Notes: generated by a model not told the origin, from the sequence alone. A stretch of DNA of 64,000 nt from a virus (IMGVR_UViG_3300037246_000990:32001-96000), one strand, 5' to 3'. Numbered from the stretch's first letter, positions 26,416 through 36,401 are shown. Made by a program: numbers and translations.

Positions 26416-26654
26416 TGGGTGATACTAACGAGTACGAAGTACCCCCTGGGTACAACCACAAGGCCACGTCAGAGAACTTTGGCGGAGCAGAGAAGGCAGT
26501 GATTTATTATTCAAGCAAGGAGGATAACTACCTAGTAGTACTCCACTCCAAGTTGAACGAGGACATAGATGAGACTGGTGTGTTCCTCAATGCAACACAG
26601 CTTGAGCTGGTTATCCACGCTGGTACAGATGTGTTGCACGACGCAAAGATGTAG
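26412..26654 (+). CDS. hypothetical protein
   Basis: GGAGG RBS. Confidence 0.65.
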   Translation: MMGDTNEYEVPPGYNHKATSENFGGAEKAVIYYSSKEDNYLVVLHSKLNEDIDETGVFLNATQLELVIHAGTDVLHDAKM

Positions 26655-26656
26655 AC

Positions 26657-26998
26657 ATGATTAAACCTTTTCAAAACTATATGGCAGCATACCAGGCTGA
26701 CAGCAAAGCACTCCTTCACGATGGTAACTGGACTATCGAGAAGCTAAGTGAACTAGAAGAAGCACAGGGCTTCAGGTCACATCGGAGTGATTACTTCTCA
26801 TTGCTCAAGCATGTGTGTTATCCCAAGGGGTACGACGGTAAGGTTCCTTACCCAGAAAACGGGAGCAACTGCGTGTATCAAGTGGTGGTGTACCCCGACG
26901 TCAGATCAGATTGCTGGCGTTGCGCGGCAAAGATACCCGAAGGCATGGTAGCGGTGTGGAAGTTTCAGAATTGGGAGCAACTAAAGTATGGAGGCTAA
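26657..26998 (+). CDS. Zn-finger paralog family, member 25
   Basis: DGNWTI..KHVC..CWRCAAKIPEGMVAVWKFQNW. Confidence 0.8.
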   Translation: MIKPFQNYMAAYQADSKALLHDGNWTIEKLSELEEAQGFRSHRSDYFSLLKHVCYPKGYDGKVPYPENGSNCVYQVVVYPDVRSDCWRCAAKIPEGMVAVWKFQNWEQLKYGG

Positions 26999-27680
26999 GA
27001 AACGAACAAGGCGGGTACCCAAGCGGTTGAACACACCCTTCCTGAAGCATGGCATAACGGAGATCAACAACGAGATCGAGAAGGCGTACTCCAAGGTGAC
27101 AGGAAAGGACAAGCTATGGCAGACGTATGACAAGATCCAGGTATCAGATGCAGAGGCGTGCTTCCGCCAGTACCGTGGCAAGTGTGTGTTCTGTGACACA
27201 CGCCTCAGCTACCTAGGCAGGGTAACGATGCCCGCAGCACGGCTAATGTTCTACGTACCACTCAAGGTAGGTGGTGAAGCACGGCCCGACAACCTCATCG
27301 TAGTATGCGCTCACTGCAAGCATGAGTACCGAGACACACGCAAGCTGAGGCAGGACATAGTAGGGCTGGATAGCTTTGCTGACTGCTGCGAAGAGTTGTT
27401 CATAGCCATCAAGGAAGGGCACCCCCAAGCTAAGATCAACATGCTTAAGGCACGAATCAACACACGGCTGACCGATGTGGCTACGTGTATGAGGTACGTC
27501 ACCACCCCCGACTGGAGGCCAGTCAAGATGGAGAAGCTGGTTGATGGGAAAAACACAATGGCTGAGGCACTGGAAAGTATGGGTAAGGGAGAGGATACGA
27601 AGGAGGCTATCACGAACAACGTGAAGCAGGCAGTGACAACTAAACAGTACAGGATCATGAGGGAGCCAACCGATGAGTAA
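26988..27680 (+). CDS. HNH (McrA-type) fold protein, catalytic His apparently absent
   Basis: CVFC..MFYVPLKVGG..DNL..CAHC. Confidence 0.7.
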   Translation: MEAKKRTRRVPKRLNTPFLKHGITEINNEIEKAYSKVTGKDKLWQTYDKIQVSDAEACFRQYRGKCVFCDTRLSYLGRVTMPAARLMFYVPLKVGGEARPDNLIVVCAHCKHEYRDTRKLRQDIVGLDSFADCCEELFIAIKEGHPQAKINMLKARINTRLTDVATCMRYVTTPDWRPVKMEKLVDGKNTMAEALESMGKGEDTKEAITNNVKQAVTTKQYRIMREPTDE

Positions 27681-27712
27681 GTTTGCCATCAACCTCGCAA
27701 GGTGGGCAACAG

Positions 27713-27994
27713 ATGCTGACGCTTGAAAAGATCTTTGAGAAACAGATCAGAACCAACATTATTAAAAGGGAAATCCTGTTTGAAGATGGGCTATGGTGTA
27801 TCTACAAAAGAACACCAGCCGACATTAACAGCACACACAGTCTCATCCATAGATGTAGTATATACGTATGGTCCGCAACCCTAAAAACACTTCCGGTCAG
27901 GTGCCCTGAATGTGAAGAGGCAGCACCTGAAGGGATACTGGGGTTGCTTGAGCTGCAACAGTGGGGAACAAAGGACGGTAAGTATGCTAATTGA
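27713..27994 (+). CDS. Zn-finger paralog family, member 26
   Basis: EDGLWCI..IHRC..CPECEEAAPEGILGLLELQQW; start uncertain. Confidence 0.75.
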   Translation: MLTLEKIFEKQIRTNIIKREILFEDGLWCIYKRTPADINSTHSLIHRCSIYVWSATLKTLPVRCPECEEAAPEGILGLLELQQWGTKDGKYAN

Positions 27995-29453
27995 GTTCGA
28001 CAACACCGTAGCTCTAATCAAACCAGAGGATGATGATGAGCTAAAGATGTACGCTCAGGTACGAGATGGGGTCAAGACTATGGCCCCCGGTGCCCGGTAC
28101 ATGAGGCAGCATAAGCTCTGGCTCCAAACGAAAGGGGCAAGAGGGTGGGATGGGCGCACCAGCATCCTCAGTAAGGCACACCCCAGCAACGGCAGTGCCT
28201 TCTTCCCTACGGGGCTGCTGCCCTACATCCACACAAAGCTAGCGGAGCTGGTTGTGTTGCCCTTCACCTTCAATGACCTGAGGCATACGCCACCAGTACC
28301 CAGCTACAACTACACTGTACCACTATTTGACTTCCAAGCCATAGTCTTCCTTGATGCAGTAGACAACAGAGTATTCATGGGAACCACAGCAGGCTATCAC
28401 TGGCCTCAAGGTGTACTTCAGATAGCAACTGGAGGGGGCAAGACAGAGCTAGCTGTAGCTATGTGCCAAGCGATACCTGTACCCACCATGTTCATCGTCC
28501 ATCGTAAGCACCTAGTTACCCAAGCTAAAGCTAGGTTCGCTAAGTATGGTATCACAGCGGGGCAGATAGGTGATGGGGTGTTTGACCCCAACACCTCCGG
28601 CGTGACTATAGCCACAACACAAACACTAGACCGGTTGTTCAAAGAGGGCGACAACGAGAAGATCAAGCAATTCTTAGGAGCAGAGCAGATCTTCTTCGAT
28701 GAGGCCCACCTTGCCGCCAGCAAGATAGCAGTGGGGAACCAACTTGTTTCGGTGTCTCGTCAGTTCCGCAGGGCGTACTACAGGTGGGGCCTAACCGGAA
28801 CCGCCTTTATGAAGGACAAATACAGTAACCAACTCCTTATGGGGTGTACTGGCGATAGGCTTGCTCATATCACCAGCGACCAGCTCATCAAAGCGGGCTA
28901 TCTCACGCCACCTCGGGTAGTGATGATAAATATGCCTGATATCGGCAGGCCAAAGAGTTGGCCTGAAGTATTTGATCACGCCATCGTTCTAAATCTGAAT
29001 CGGAACAAAAGAATCATAGAGGAGTTGGACAAATGCCCAAAGCCTGCGCTGGTGATGTCATCACGATTATCACATGCAAGTATCCTCCGAAGAATGGCGA
29101 TAAATAAAGGGATTTCGGTTCCGTCCGTTCATTGCGGGGCTACGAAAAACAAGGATAGAACCAAAGGGATAACTGACTTGCAATCTGGGAAAATAAATGC
29201 TATAATTGCTACAACAATCTATGACGAGGGTTTGGATATCCCCGAGCTACGTACCCTCATCTTGGCCGGAGGGGGTAAGAGTAAAGTGGCAGCACTTCAG
29301 AAGATTGGCCGAGGCTTGAGGAAAGCAGCAGGGAAACATGAGGTGCTGATCATTGATTTCTGTGATCAGACGGGAGCAATACTAAAACGACACTCGGCTG
29401 CGAGGAAAAAGATATGGGAGGAAGAAAACTTCAATGTTACAGAGGAAGACTAA
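27984..29453 (+). CDS. SF2 DNA helicase (UvsW-like)
   Basis: ATGGGKT, DEAH, GLTGT, DEGLDIP, QKIGRGLR. Confidence 0.92.
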   Translation: MLIEFDNTVALIKPEDDDELKMYAQVRDGVKTMAPGARYMRQHKLWLQTKGARGWDGRTSILSKAHPSNGSAFFPTGLLPYIHTKLAELVVLPFTFNDLRHTPPVPSYNYTVPLFDFQAIVFLDAVDNRVFMGTTAGYHWPQGVLQIATGGGKTELAVAMCQAIPVPTMFIVHRKHLVTQAKARFAKYGITAGQIGDGVFDPNTSGVTIATTQTLDRLFKEGDNEKIKQFLGAEQIFFDEAHLAASKIAVGNQLVSVSRQFRRAYYRWGLTGTAFMKDKYSNQLLMGCTGDRLAHITSDQLIKAGYLTPPRVVMINMPDIGRPKSWPEVFDHAIVLNLNRNKRIIEELDKCPKPALVMSSRLSHASILRRMAINKGISVPSVHCGATKNKDRTKGITDLQSGKINAIIATTIYDEGLDIPELRTLILAGGGKSKVAALQKIGRGLRKAAGKHEVLIIDFCDQTGAILKRHSAARKKIWEEENFNVTEED

Positions 29454-29898
29454 AGACTGGAAGAGATTCTGGAGCAAGGTAAAGAGAGGCCCGAACTGTT
29501 GGGAATGGCAAGCAGGTTGCTGCTCTGATGGTTACGGTAAGTTTTGGTTTGAAGGTCGAAATAGTCTGGCTCATCGTGTGTCGTATGCAACAAGCCAGGG
29601 TATACCAGAAAAGCTGTGTGTCTTACATACCTGCGATAACCCACCATGTGTCCGACCCTCTCACTTGTTCCTAGGGACACAGGCCGATAACGTAGCTGAC
29701 ATGGTAATCAAAAGAAGGCAATCATATAATACCGGCGCTTGTGGTGTCCAACACGGGAACGCAAAGCTCACAGAAGCACAGGTGAAAGCTATCCGCTGCG
29801 ACCCTAGGCTACAGTGTATAATAGCTAAAGATTACAAGGTGAGTCGTTCTACAATAACTTATATTAGGCAACGCAAAACCTGGAAGCACGTCGCATAG
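29434..29898 (+). CDS. HNH homing endonuclease
   Basis: RFWSKV..CWEW..AHRVS..LHTCDNPPCVRPSHLFLGT. Confidence 0.9.
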   Translation: MLQRKTKDWKRFWSKVKRGPNCWEWQAGCCSDGYGKFWFEGRNSLAHRVSYATSQGIPEKLCVLHTCDNPPCVRPSHLFLGTQADNVADMVIKRRQSYNTGACGVQHGNAKLTEAQVKAIRCDPRLQCIIAKDYKVSRSTITYIRQRKTWKHVA

Positions 29899-29908
29899 GA
29901 ACCCACCA

Positions 29909-30178
29909 ATGGATGCTATAAAGTATGGCCAAGTCATGCTCACAGAAGGTGAGTTCTCCATCAAGGCAGGAATATTTAGTTATTTCATAGTACATGACGT
30001 TTGTGGTACTGGTGTTTATTCTGTAATGAGAGACAGGACCCCAGGGAAACATGATTGGTGCCGACGCTGCTACGACCTCTACGGTAAGAAGATACAATAC
30101 GATGAGAAAATGACAGGAATCGTAGCTCTACTAGATTGGAAAGATGAAGGAGACAGCCGTGACCAATTTGCTGAGTAA
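29909..30178 (+). CDS. Zn-finger paralog family, member 27
   Basis: EGEFSI..VHDVC..CRRC..EKMTGIVALLDW. Confidence 0.72.
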   Translation: MDAIKYGQVMLTEGEFSIKAGIFSYFIVHDVCGTGVYSVMRDRTPGKHDWCRRCYDLYGKKIQYDEKMTGIVALLDWKDEGDSRDQFAE

Positions 30179-30857
30179 CGCAAAGACAAACGCTAAGACA
30201 AAGAAGATGTTGGATGAGTTCGGATACGAAGGGGTCATTCACTACATGGCGCCTGACGTGGTGGCTGACGGAAAACACACAGTATGCCCTCATAGCACGA
30301 TAGGTTGCCGTGAGTCTTGTCTATATACTGCTGGTCGAGGAGCTATGAGAAATGTGCAAGATGCACGCATCCGTAAGACACTGGAGTTCCTCAAGGACAA
30401 GCAAGGGTACGCAGACAAGTTGGTCAAAGAACTGGCCAACCTTGAGACCCGTGCCTTGAAGAAGGGTTACACGCCAGTAGCTCGGCTGAATGGTACGTCA
30501 GACATCCCATGGGAGAACTACATCGACATGGAAGCCCTCCCCAACGTCCGATTCTATGACTACACCAAGGGTTATATGAGGATGCAGAGCTGGCTGCGTG
30601 GGGTGCTACCTTTCAACTATCATCTGACATTCAGCAATGATGAACACACGACGCTTGCAGAGCGGCACTTCATCCTGGCGAAGGGAGGCACCGTGGCCAT
30701 GGTATTCAGGGATAAGATCCCCGACTGCTGGCAGATGTACCCTGTAATTTCAGGTATGACACACGATTTTAGATTCCGTGACAAGACAGGCTGCATCATA
30801 GGGCTACTCGCAAGGGGCCGTGCCAAGCAAGACAGCACAGGGTTTGTGGTGGATTGA
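30144..30857 (+). CDS. conserved phage protein, GP88-like
   Basis: CPHS..GC...CLYTAGRG; RLNGTSDI; FYDYTK; NYHLTFS. Confidence 0.72.
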   Translation: MKETAVTNLLSNAKTNAKTKKMLDEFGYEGVIHYMAPDVVADGKHTVCPHSTIGCRESCLYTAGRGAMRNVQDARIRKTLEFLKDKQGYADKLVKELANLETRALKKGYTPVARLNGTSDIPWENYIDMEALPNVRFYDYTKGYMRMQSWLRGVLPFNYHLTFSNDEHTTLAERHFILAKGGTVAMVFRDKIPDCWQMYPVISGMTHDFRFRDKTGCIIGLLARGRAKQDSTGFVVD

Positions 30858-31144
30858 TGAGTACGAGCAACGTAGGTACACTAAAGATCCTAGTACCTGA
30901 CATACAAGGGTGGGCAATAGTTAAACACCAGTTCAGCGTGACGGGTACTTCCATCCATGGTGAACATTTAATAGGATGCAAACATGCCTTCGATAGACTG
31001 ATAGCTCGTTGGTGCTGGGAGTGGAGCGATGCTGGTGTAGAGAATACGGACCGCTGTTGGGTGTGTAAAGAACCTGTGCCAGAAGAGATCGTAGCGCTAG
31101 TAGCGATGATGAATTGGGAGAAGATACAACGTGGCAAACCTTAA
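30857..31144 (+). CDS. Zn-finger paralog family, member 28 (CxH variant)
   Basis: QGWAI..GCKH..CWVCKEPVPEEIVALVAMMNW. Confidence 0.78.
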   Translation: MSTSNVGTLKILVPDIQGWAIVKHQFSVTGTSIHGEHLIGCKHAFDRLIARWCWEWSDAGVENTDRCWVCKEPVPEEIVALVAMMNWEKIQRGKP

Positions 31145-32090
31145 AACATTCAAGAAGTACAAGCCCAAGTACAGGAAGCCGGTGCACAAGACAGACGAAG
31201 AACTGAGAGGCCCCTTCAAGCCTATGAAACCGTTTACTATTCACGACCCTAAGGTACACGTACAGTACCCATCTCTATGCACCCCCAAGATTGACGGGAT
31301 CCGGTGTGTCACGTATCCAAACGGGACACCTATGAGCTACCAACTCAAGCCCATCCCCAACCTCCACATCCGCAAGGTGTTGGAAGAGTACGGGGTAGAG
31401 GGTATGGACGGTGAGCTGTTCATCAGAGGTGCCAAGACATTCGGTGAGTCCTCCGGTCCCATCATGAAGGTAGATGGTGAACCTGACTTCATTTACTACG
31501 TGTTCGATATCTATAACAGCCTTGACTTTTACAACCAGAGAGTGAAGCAGTTGGACAAGCTGCCTAAGCCGAGGCCAGCGTGCATCGAGTTGGTAAAACC
31601 AACCCTTGTCTTTGATGCCGATGGGTTCATGAAGTATTGGAACAAGTGTGTAGACGAGGGGTACGAGGGAGTCATCGCAAGGCAAGGGCATGTGTACCTC
31701 CACGGTCGTAGCACCATGACACACGGTGGTATGGGTAAGTACAAGCATTTCCAAGATGATGAGGCAGAGATCATTGGGTTTGAAGAGATGTGTACTAATA
31801 CGAATCCCAAGAAAACCAATGCTCATGGTAGGTCGGAGAGGTCGAGTGCTAAGGCAGGCAAGGTACCCAACGGCCACCTTGGTAAGTGGTTATGCCGAGA
31901 CCTCAAGACAGGCATCGAGTTCTCCTGCGGTACCATGAAGGGTGTGACGAAGAAGCAACGCAAGGAGTGGTGGAGTAACAGGCAAATCTACATTGGGTAC
32001 ATCTGTAAGTACAAACATCAGCCAAGCGGAGAGACAGCGAAGCCTCGTTTCCCGGTTTGGTTGGGGTGGCGTTCAAAGGATGACATGTAA
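31131..32090 (+). CDS. ATP-dependent DNA ligase
   Basis: KIDGIR, DGEL, YVFD, GYEGVI, PRFP. Confidence 0.93.
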   Translation: MANLKTFKKYKPKYRKPVHKTDEELRGPFKPMKPFTIHDPKVHVQYPSLCTPKIDGIRCVTYPNGTPMSYQLKPIPNLHIRKVLEEYGVEGMDGELFIRGAKTFGESSGPIMKVDGEPDFIYYVFDIYNSLDFYNQRVKQLDKLPKPRPACIELVKPTLVFDADGFMKYWNKCVDEGYEGVIARQGHVYLHGRSTMTHGGMGKYKHFQDDEAEIIGFEEMCTNTNPKKTNAHGRSERSSAKAGKVPNGHLGKWLCRDLKTGIEFSCGTMKGVTKKQRKEWWSNRQIYIGYICKYKHQPSGETAKPRFPVWLGWRSKDDM

Positions 32091-32353
32091 TGGCTTATAA
32101 GTTTGAAGTACTGGTTGAGGAAGGTGACTTTCGGATAGCCCGTGTTAAAGGGGATGCCCAACATCAGAGATGGATCGTTGTTCAACATCGTTGCGACCCA
32201 GATGTATACGTCGATAGGCTATTTAGTGATAACGGGTGGTCACTTTGTTATCATAGTGATAGGCGATGCTACTGCTGTAAAACGCCTGAACCTGACAAGA
32301 TGATAGGCTTCCACGACTTAATAATGTGGAACAATACTGAGTATAGAGTATGA
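32090..32353 (+). CDS. Zn-finger paralog family, member 29
   Basis: EGDFRI..QHRC..CYCCKTPEPDKMIGFHDLIMW. Confidence 0.8.
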   Translation: MAYKFEVLVEEGDFRIARVKGDAQHQRWIVVQHRCDPDVYVDRLFSDNGWSLCYHSDRRCYCCKTPEPDKMIGFHDLIMWNNTEYRV

Positions 32354-32362
32354 GGAGATGCA

Positions 32363-32512
32363 ATGTGTTTCTTTAAGCACAAATGGGGGAAGTGGGAAGC
32401 CCCCGTCACAACTAACCCAGACGACGAAGGCAACATAAACAAAATGCAAGTAAGAACTTGTGATCGTTGTGGTCTATGGCAGCGACGGATGTGCTACCCG
32501 TATGGAATATGA
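32363..32512 (+). CDS. 49-aa Zn-binding protein (C..H.W...CxxC)
   Basis: MCFFKHKWGKW...RTCDRCG; flanked by a 17-bp direct repeat. Confidence 0.6.
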   Translation: MCFFKHKWGKWEAPVTTNPDDEGNINKMQVRTCDRCGLWQRRMCYPYGI

Positions 32513-32521
32513 GGAGATGCA

Positions 32522-33748
32522 ATGCGTGTACTAACAGGTAACAAGCAGAAGGTTCCGGTGAAGGCATGGGTGGATGGCGTGGAGCTAGATATCAAGGCCG
32601 AGATACAGCTACGCCAGACAGCGCAGCTCCCCTTCATTCACAAGCATCTAGCTGTCATGCCAGATGCACACTGGGGCATGGGCTCCACTGTAGGGAGTGT
32701 CATAGCTACGAAGAAGGCAATCATACCTGCTGCGGTGGGTGTGGACATTGGGTGTGGTATGATTGCTGCACGCCTGCCTGGTGCGGGAATATCTTGTGGT
32801 GTGGTCGAGTTCTGTAAGGAGATCCGCGCAGCCATCGAAGCAGCGGTACCTCACGGGCGCACCGACAACGGTGGGCCGAAAGACGAGGGGCGGTGGCAAG
32901 ACAGTATCCCTCGTAGCACAGGTGTCGAGTGGAGTAATATGCAGCAGGCTTTCTGGGACATAGGTGACAAGCACCCGGAGATCTATAAGTGGGGCTCTCC
33001 TATGTACCAGCTCGGTACGCTGGGTGGAGGCAACCACTTCATTGAGGTGTGCAAGGACGAAGAGAATGAGGTGTGGGTCATGCTGCACTCAGGGTCACGG
33101 GGTATCGGCAACAAGATCGGTAGGTACTTCATCAAGCTTGCTCAAAGGGAGTGTGAGAAGTGGAACATTGATCTACCCAACTCGGACCTGGCGTACTTGC
33201 CTGAAGGTACAGAATACCATGACGATTACGTTGAGGCGGTACACTGGGCACAGAGTTACGCCAAGATTAACAGAGATATCATGCTGGAGCTAACGCTGGA
33301 AGCGATGGGTGGTGTGCTTGGGTATGATATCCGGCCCGACGATCTTGTGGTGAATTGTCATCACAACTACGTGCAGAAGGAGAACCACTATGGGAAGAAC
33401 GTATTTGTTACGCGCAAAGGCGCTGTACGGGCTAGGGTTGGTGATCTTGGTATTATCCCTGGGTCTATGGGAGCCCGGTCTTACATTGTGGAAGGTCTTG
33501 GCAATCCTATGTCTTTCAATTCCTGTTCTCATGGAGCTGGTCGGGTTATGTCGAGGGCGGAAGCCAAGCGAACCTTCACGGTGAAGGATCACATCGCAGC
33601 CACCAAGGGTGTCGAGTGCCGGAAGGACAAGGGTGTGATAGATGAGACACCCGGCTGTTACAAGGACATCGATGCTGTCATGGCAGCGCAGAAGGATCTA
33701 GTGAAGATCAAGCACATACTGAAAGCTTTGGTGTGTGTCAAGGGGTAG
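32522..33748 (+). CDS. rtcB: RtcB RNA ligase
   Basis: MPDAH, VGVDIGCG, GTLGGGNHF, HSGSRG, HHNY, PGSMG, SCSHGAGR, DETP. Confidence 0.96.
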   Translation: MRVLTGNKQKVPVKAWVDGVELDIKAEIQLRQTAQLPFIHKHLAVMPDAHWGMGSTVGSVIATKKAIIPAAVGVDIGCGMIAARLPGAGISCGVVEFCKEIRAAIEAAVPHGRTDNGGPKDEGRWQDSIPRSTGVEWSNMQQAFWDIGDKHPEIYKWGSPMYQLGTLGGGNHFIEVCKDEENEVWVMLHSGSRGIGNKIGRYFIKLAQRECEKWNIDLPNSDLAYLPEGTEYHDDYVEAVHWAQSYAKINRDIMLELTLEAMGGVLGYDIRPDDLVVNCHHNYVQKENHYGKNVFVTRKGAVRARVGDLGIIPGSMGARSYIVEGLGNPMSFNSCSHGAGRVMSRAEAKRTFTVKDHIAATKGVECRKDKGVIDETPGCYKDIDAVMAAQKDLVKIKHILKALVCVKG

Positions 33749-33839
33749 CCTACACCTAAATATAGTATTCGCTCGAATTGACGAGCATGAAAACCGTGCC
33801 AAAATGAGGAAATATTATACCTCGGCACAAGGAGGAAGC

Positions 33840-34145
33840 ATGCAAGCTAATGGTAAAGATATAATAGAAGTGATACGTATGGGGGAGTGGAGCATCCTCA
33901 ATATGTTGGAGGCTAGTTCACGGGGTGTAGAGGGGCCAGGGGTCGTACATAGACCCTGCGACGGTTGGATAAGGTTTGGGATGCGGGAAAACGCTTTGTA
34001 CTGCCGCTCATGCCATGAAGCTATGCCTAAGGATATAGTAACACTTTGGTTACTCCTCGCAGCGGACTTAGCTTGTAGTAATGGCTTCTACAAGGGAGTT
34101 ACCATCGCCGATGTCACCCAGGATGATCAAGGAGGTTACTCATGA
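33840..34145 (+). CDS. Zn-finger paralog family, member 30
   Basis: MGEWSI..VHRPC..CRSCHEAMPKDIVTLW; GGAGG RBS. Confidence 0.78.
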   Translation: MQANGKDIIEVIRMGEWSILNMLEASSRGVEGPGVVHRPCDGWIRFGMRENALYCRSCHEAMPKDIVTLWLLLAADLACSNGFYKGVTIADVTQDDQGGYS

Positions 34146-35554
34146 ACTTCGATGAAAGCGCCTTCATATACGCTCTGAGTTCACGTCCAGAGGATGCAAG
34201 AAAGTTTGCGACGACATTCAAACCAACGTGGCTCAACACCGCAGAGTATGTACCTATCCTGGCTGAGCTGTTCGCTTTCACCCGAGAACATGGAGAGCAG
34301 CCGTCTATCGACACGCTGCACAAGGTGTTCAAGGACAAGGACGAAGAAGCGTACGACCTAAGATACAAAGCCGCGCTCGATAGCATCACGGATGTCATAC
34401 CCGACCGATCCACCCAGCTCTACACGCTGGGTAAGGCGAGGGATACGGGTGTGGTGCGTGACTTCCAAGAACTGAGTGCCGACCAGAACTTCTTGAAGAA
34501 GCAGGCTGAGCTTGAAGGCGGTGATATGCTTAAAGCTTTACACCAATTCTTCATGAAGCATGGCGACTTGAGTGAGGACAGGACGATGGACGTACGTGAG
34601 GCCATTGATCACCTCATCGACAGTCATGGGTTCACACCAGATCTGGTACGTATCCCTTGTGGGATCCACACCATTGACAAGTGGACAGGAGGAGGGCTGC
34701 GAACGAAACAGCTCGGTATCATAATGGCCCCCACGGGGGATGGTAAGTCCAGCATGCTGGTGAACATGGCGCACAAGATGTCTGCGGTAGAGGAACGCAG
34801 GGTGTGGCTGGTAACCAATGAGCTGTCTCTTGAAGAGCAGACAGAACGTGTGCTGTCTAAGATCACAGGTGTCAAAGTGCAGGACATCATTGACGACCCG
34901 GGCGTGGCGTACACCTCGGAGCTAGCCCGGAAGTGGCGAGAAGGTCTAGCTGAGAAGCTCCGGATTACTGAGGTGAACCGAGAGGTTAGCGTGGATGATC
35001 TCGAATCCGAGATGATGAAGTGGGTCAACCTGCTTGGGTGGAAGCCTGACGTGCTGGTGCTGGACTTCATCGAGAGGATGCGGCCCTGCGATACCGGGTA
35101 CAGTAGGGATAGAGTATGGGATTGGCTGGGTGCGATCAGCCGTGATCTCTCCCGCTATGCGAAGCGCCACAACATACTGGTATGGACAGCAGCGCAGACT
35201 AACCGCTCAGGGTTCGGGAGGGACCCGAAGAAGAGGGATCCTCTCAGCCTGGAGATGGCGCAAGGCTCGGTCAAACATCTGCAAGAGGCAGCCTGCATCA
35301 TTGGGATGCGGCAACAAGAACTATCCGATGAACAGATCGTGATGGAGCTGGTTGACCTCAAGCAAAGGTTCGCCAAGCGGTCCAAGCGGAGCGTGTTCCT
35401 TGAGGTGGACCTCAGCAGGATGAGTATCACGAATAACGAAGTAGAAGCAGACACTTGCGAGGTTGATGAAGGTCCTCGTAAGCGGGCTTACACCCCTGCT
35501 GAGCAGCAGGCGCAGAAGAAAGAAAAGGCAGCGAGGCGGGCTGCCAAGGAGTAG
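34142..35554 (+). CDS. DnaB-like replicative helicase
   Basis: APTGDGKS, TNELS, VLVLDF, WTAAQTNR. Confidence 0.92.
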   Translation: MNFDESAFIYALSSRPEDARKFATTFKPTWLNTAEYVPILAELFAFTREHGEQPSIDTLHKVFKDKDEEAYDLRYKAALDSITDVIPDRSTQLYTLGKARDTGVVRDFQELSADQNFLKKQAELEGGDMLKALHQFFMKHGDLSEDRTMDVREAIDHLIDSHGFTPDLVRIPCGIHTIDKWTGGGLRTKQLGIIMAPTGDGKSSMLVNMAHKMSAVEERRVWLVTNELSLEEQTERVLSKITGVKVQDIIDDPGVAYTSELARKWREGLAEKLRITEVNREVSVDDLESEMMKWVNLLGWKPDVLVLDFIERMRPCDTGYSRDRVWDWLGAISRDLSRYAKRHNILVWTAAQTNRSGFGRDPKKRDPLSLEMAQGSVKHLQEAACIIGMRQQELSDEQIVMELVDLKQRFAKRSKRSVFLEVDLSRMSITNNEVEADTCEVDEGPRKRAYTPAEQQAQKKEKAARRAAKE

Positions 35555-35555
35555 G

Positions 35556-35584
35556 TTGCAAAAGTTTGAAAGAAAAGCTATAAT
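35556..35584 (+). promoter_or_regulatory. repeated sigma70-type promoter copy 2
   Basis: identical to 1309-1337. Confidence 0.85.
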
Positions 35585-35646
35585 GTAGTAGAGAGATAAG
35601 GGAGCGTCTCGATGAAGGGAGGCACCCAGACAAAGGGAGGTACTAT

Positions 35647-35982
35647 ATGAGCGGACTTAGGTTCTCGCCCCGGTGGGCACTCTCGCCTAGAGATTGGGAT
35701 ATTCATCTATCCTGCTCGAAAAGAGTAATACCCGACCAACACGCCCAGAGTGGCACCATAAAAGGTAAACAACAAAGACAAGAAGAAGATAAACGTAAAG
35801 GACTACAACAAGAACAGTGGTTCTATATTGAGAGAGATGGGAATAGTAATAATTGTACTGTGGTACATGACTCCAGCTTTCTCCCCTCTGAGGGGTTGAT
35901 GTATTTTGGGCAACGAAACCAGCCATTCAACTTCAGGGGACAACAGCACACCCCCTCATGTCTTGGTGTGATGCCAGCATGA
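35647..35982 (+). CDS. hypothetical protein
   Basis: GGAGG RBS after the promoter. Confidence 0.55.
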   Translation: MSGLRFSPRWALSPRDWDIHLSCSKRVIPDQHAQSGTIKGKQQRQEEDKRKGLQQEQWFYIERDGNSNNCTVVHDSSFLPSEGLMYFGQRNQPFNFRGQQHTPSCLGVMPA

Positions 35983-36401
35983 GGGGGCCTTCTAAGTCTC
36001 ACACCTATAATCCAGGCGAAGGAGCCAAAACCAGAATGGTAGAATGGGACGGCACTCAGTACATAGACATAGAGACTTACTACAAGCGCGTGGTTTTGAG
36101 CATGCCTCAGGACGGTGACGCCCTCCTAGGAGCCATGACACACCTCAATGCACTGACGTACCTCGGTTGTAGTAAGCTGTTCGTAGCTGAGACCGATGAG
36201 ATGGATATCTACGTAGATGCTTGGCTGGTCAACGGTGCCTTCATCACCCACAAGCACCCTGAGTTCGGGGTGGTGAAGCAAGACAGCTGGGTGACCGGGA
36301 TGGTAGAATGTGGGCTACGTCACAGGGCGTGTGAACTATGTGGGAAAGTGATACCGGGTGAGATTGAAATGATGCATCACTTTTACAGGCTAGACAACTA
36401 A
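35979..36401 (+). CDS. Zn-finger paralog family, member 31 (HxH variant)
   Basis: VDAWLV..THKH..CELCGKVIPGEIEMM; start uncertain. Confidence 0.72.
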   Translation: MRGPSKSHTYNPGEGAKTRMVEWDGTQYIDIETYYKRVVLSMPQDGDALLGAMTHLNALTYLGCSKLFVAETDEMDIYVDAWLVNGAFITHKHPEFGVVKQDSWVTGMVECGLRHRACELCGKVIPGEIEMMHHFYRLDN

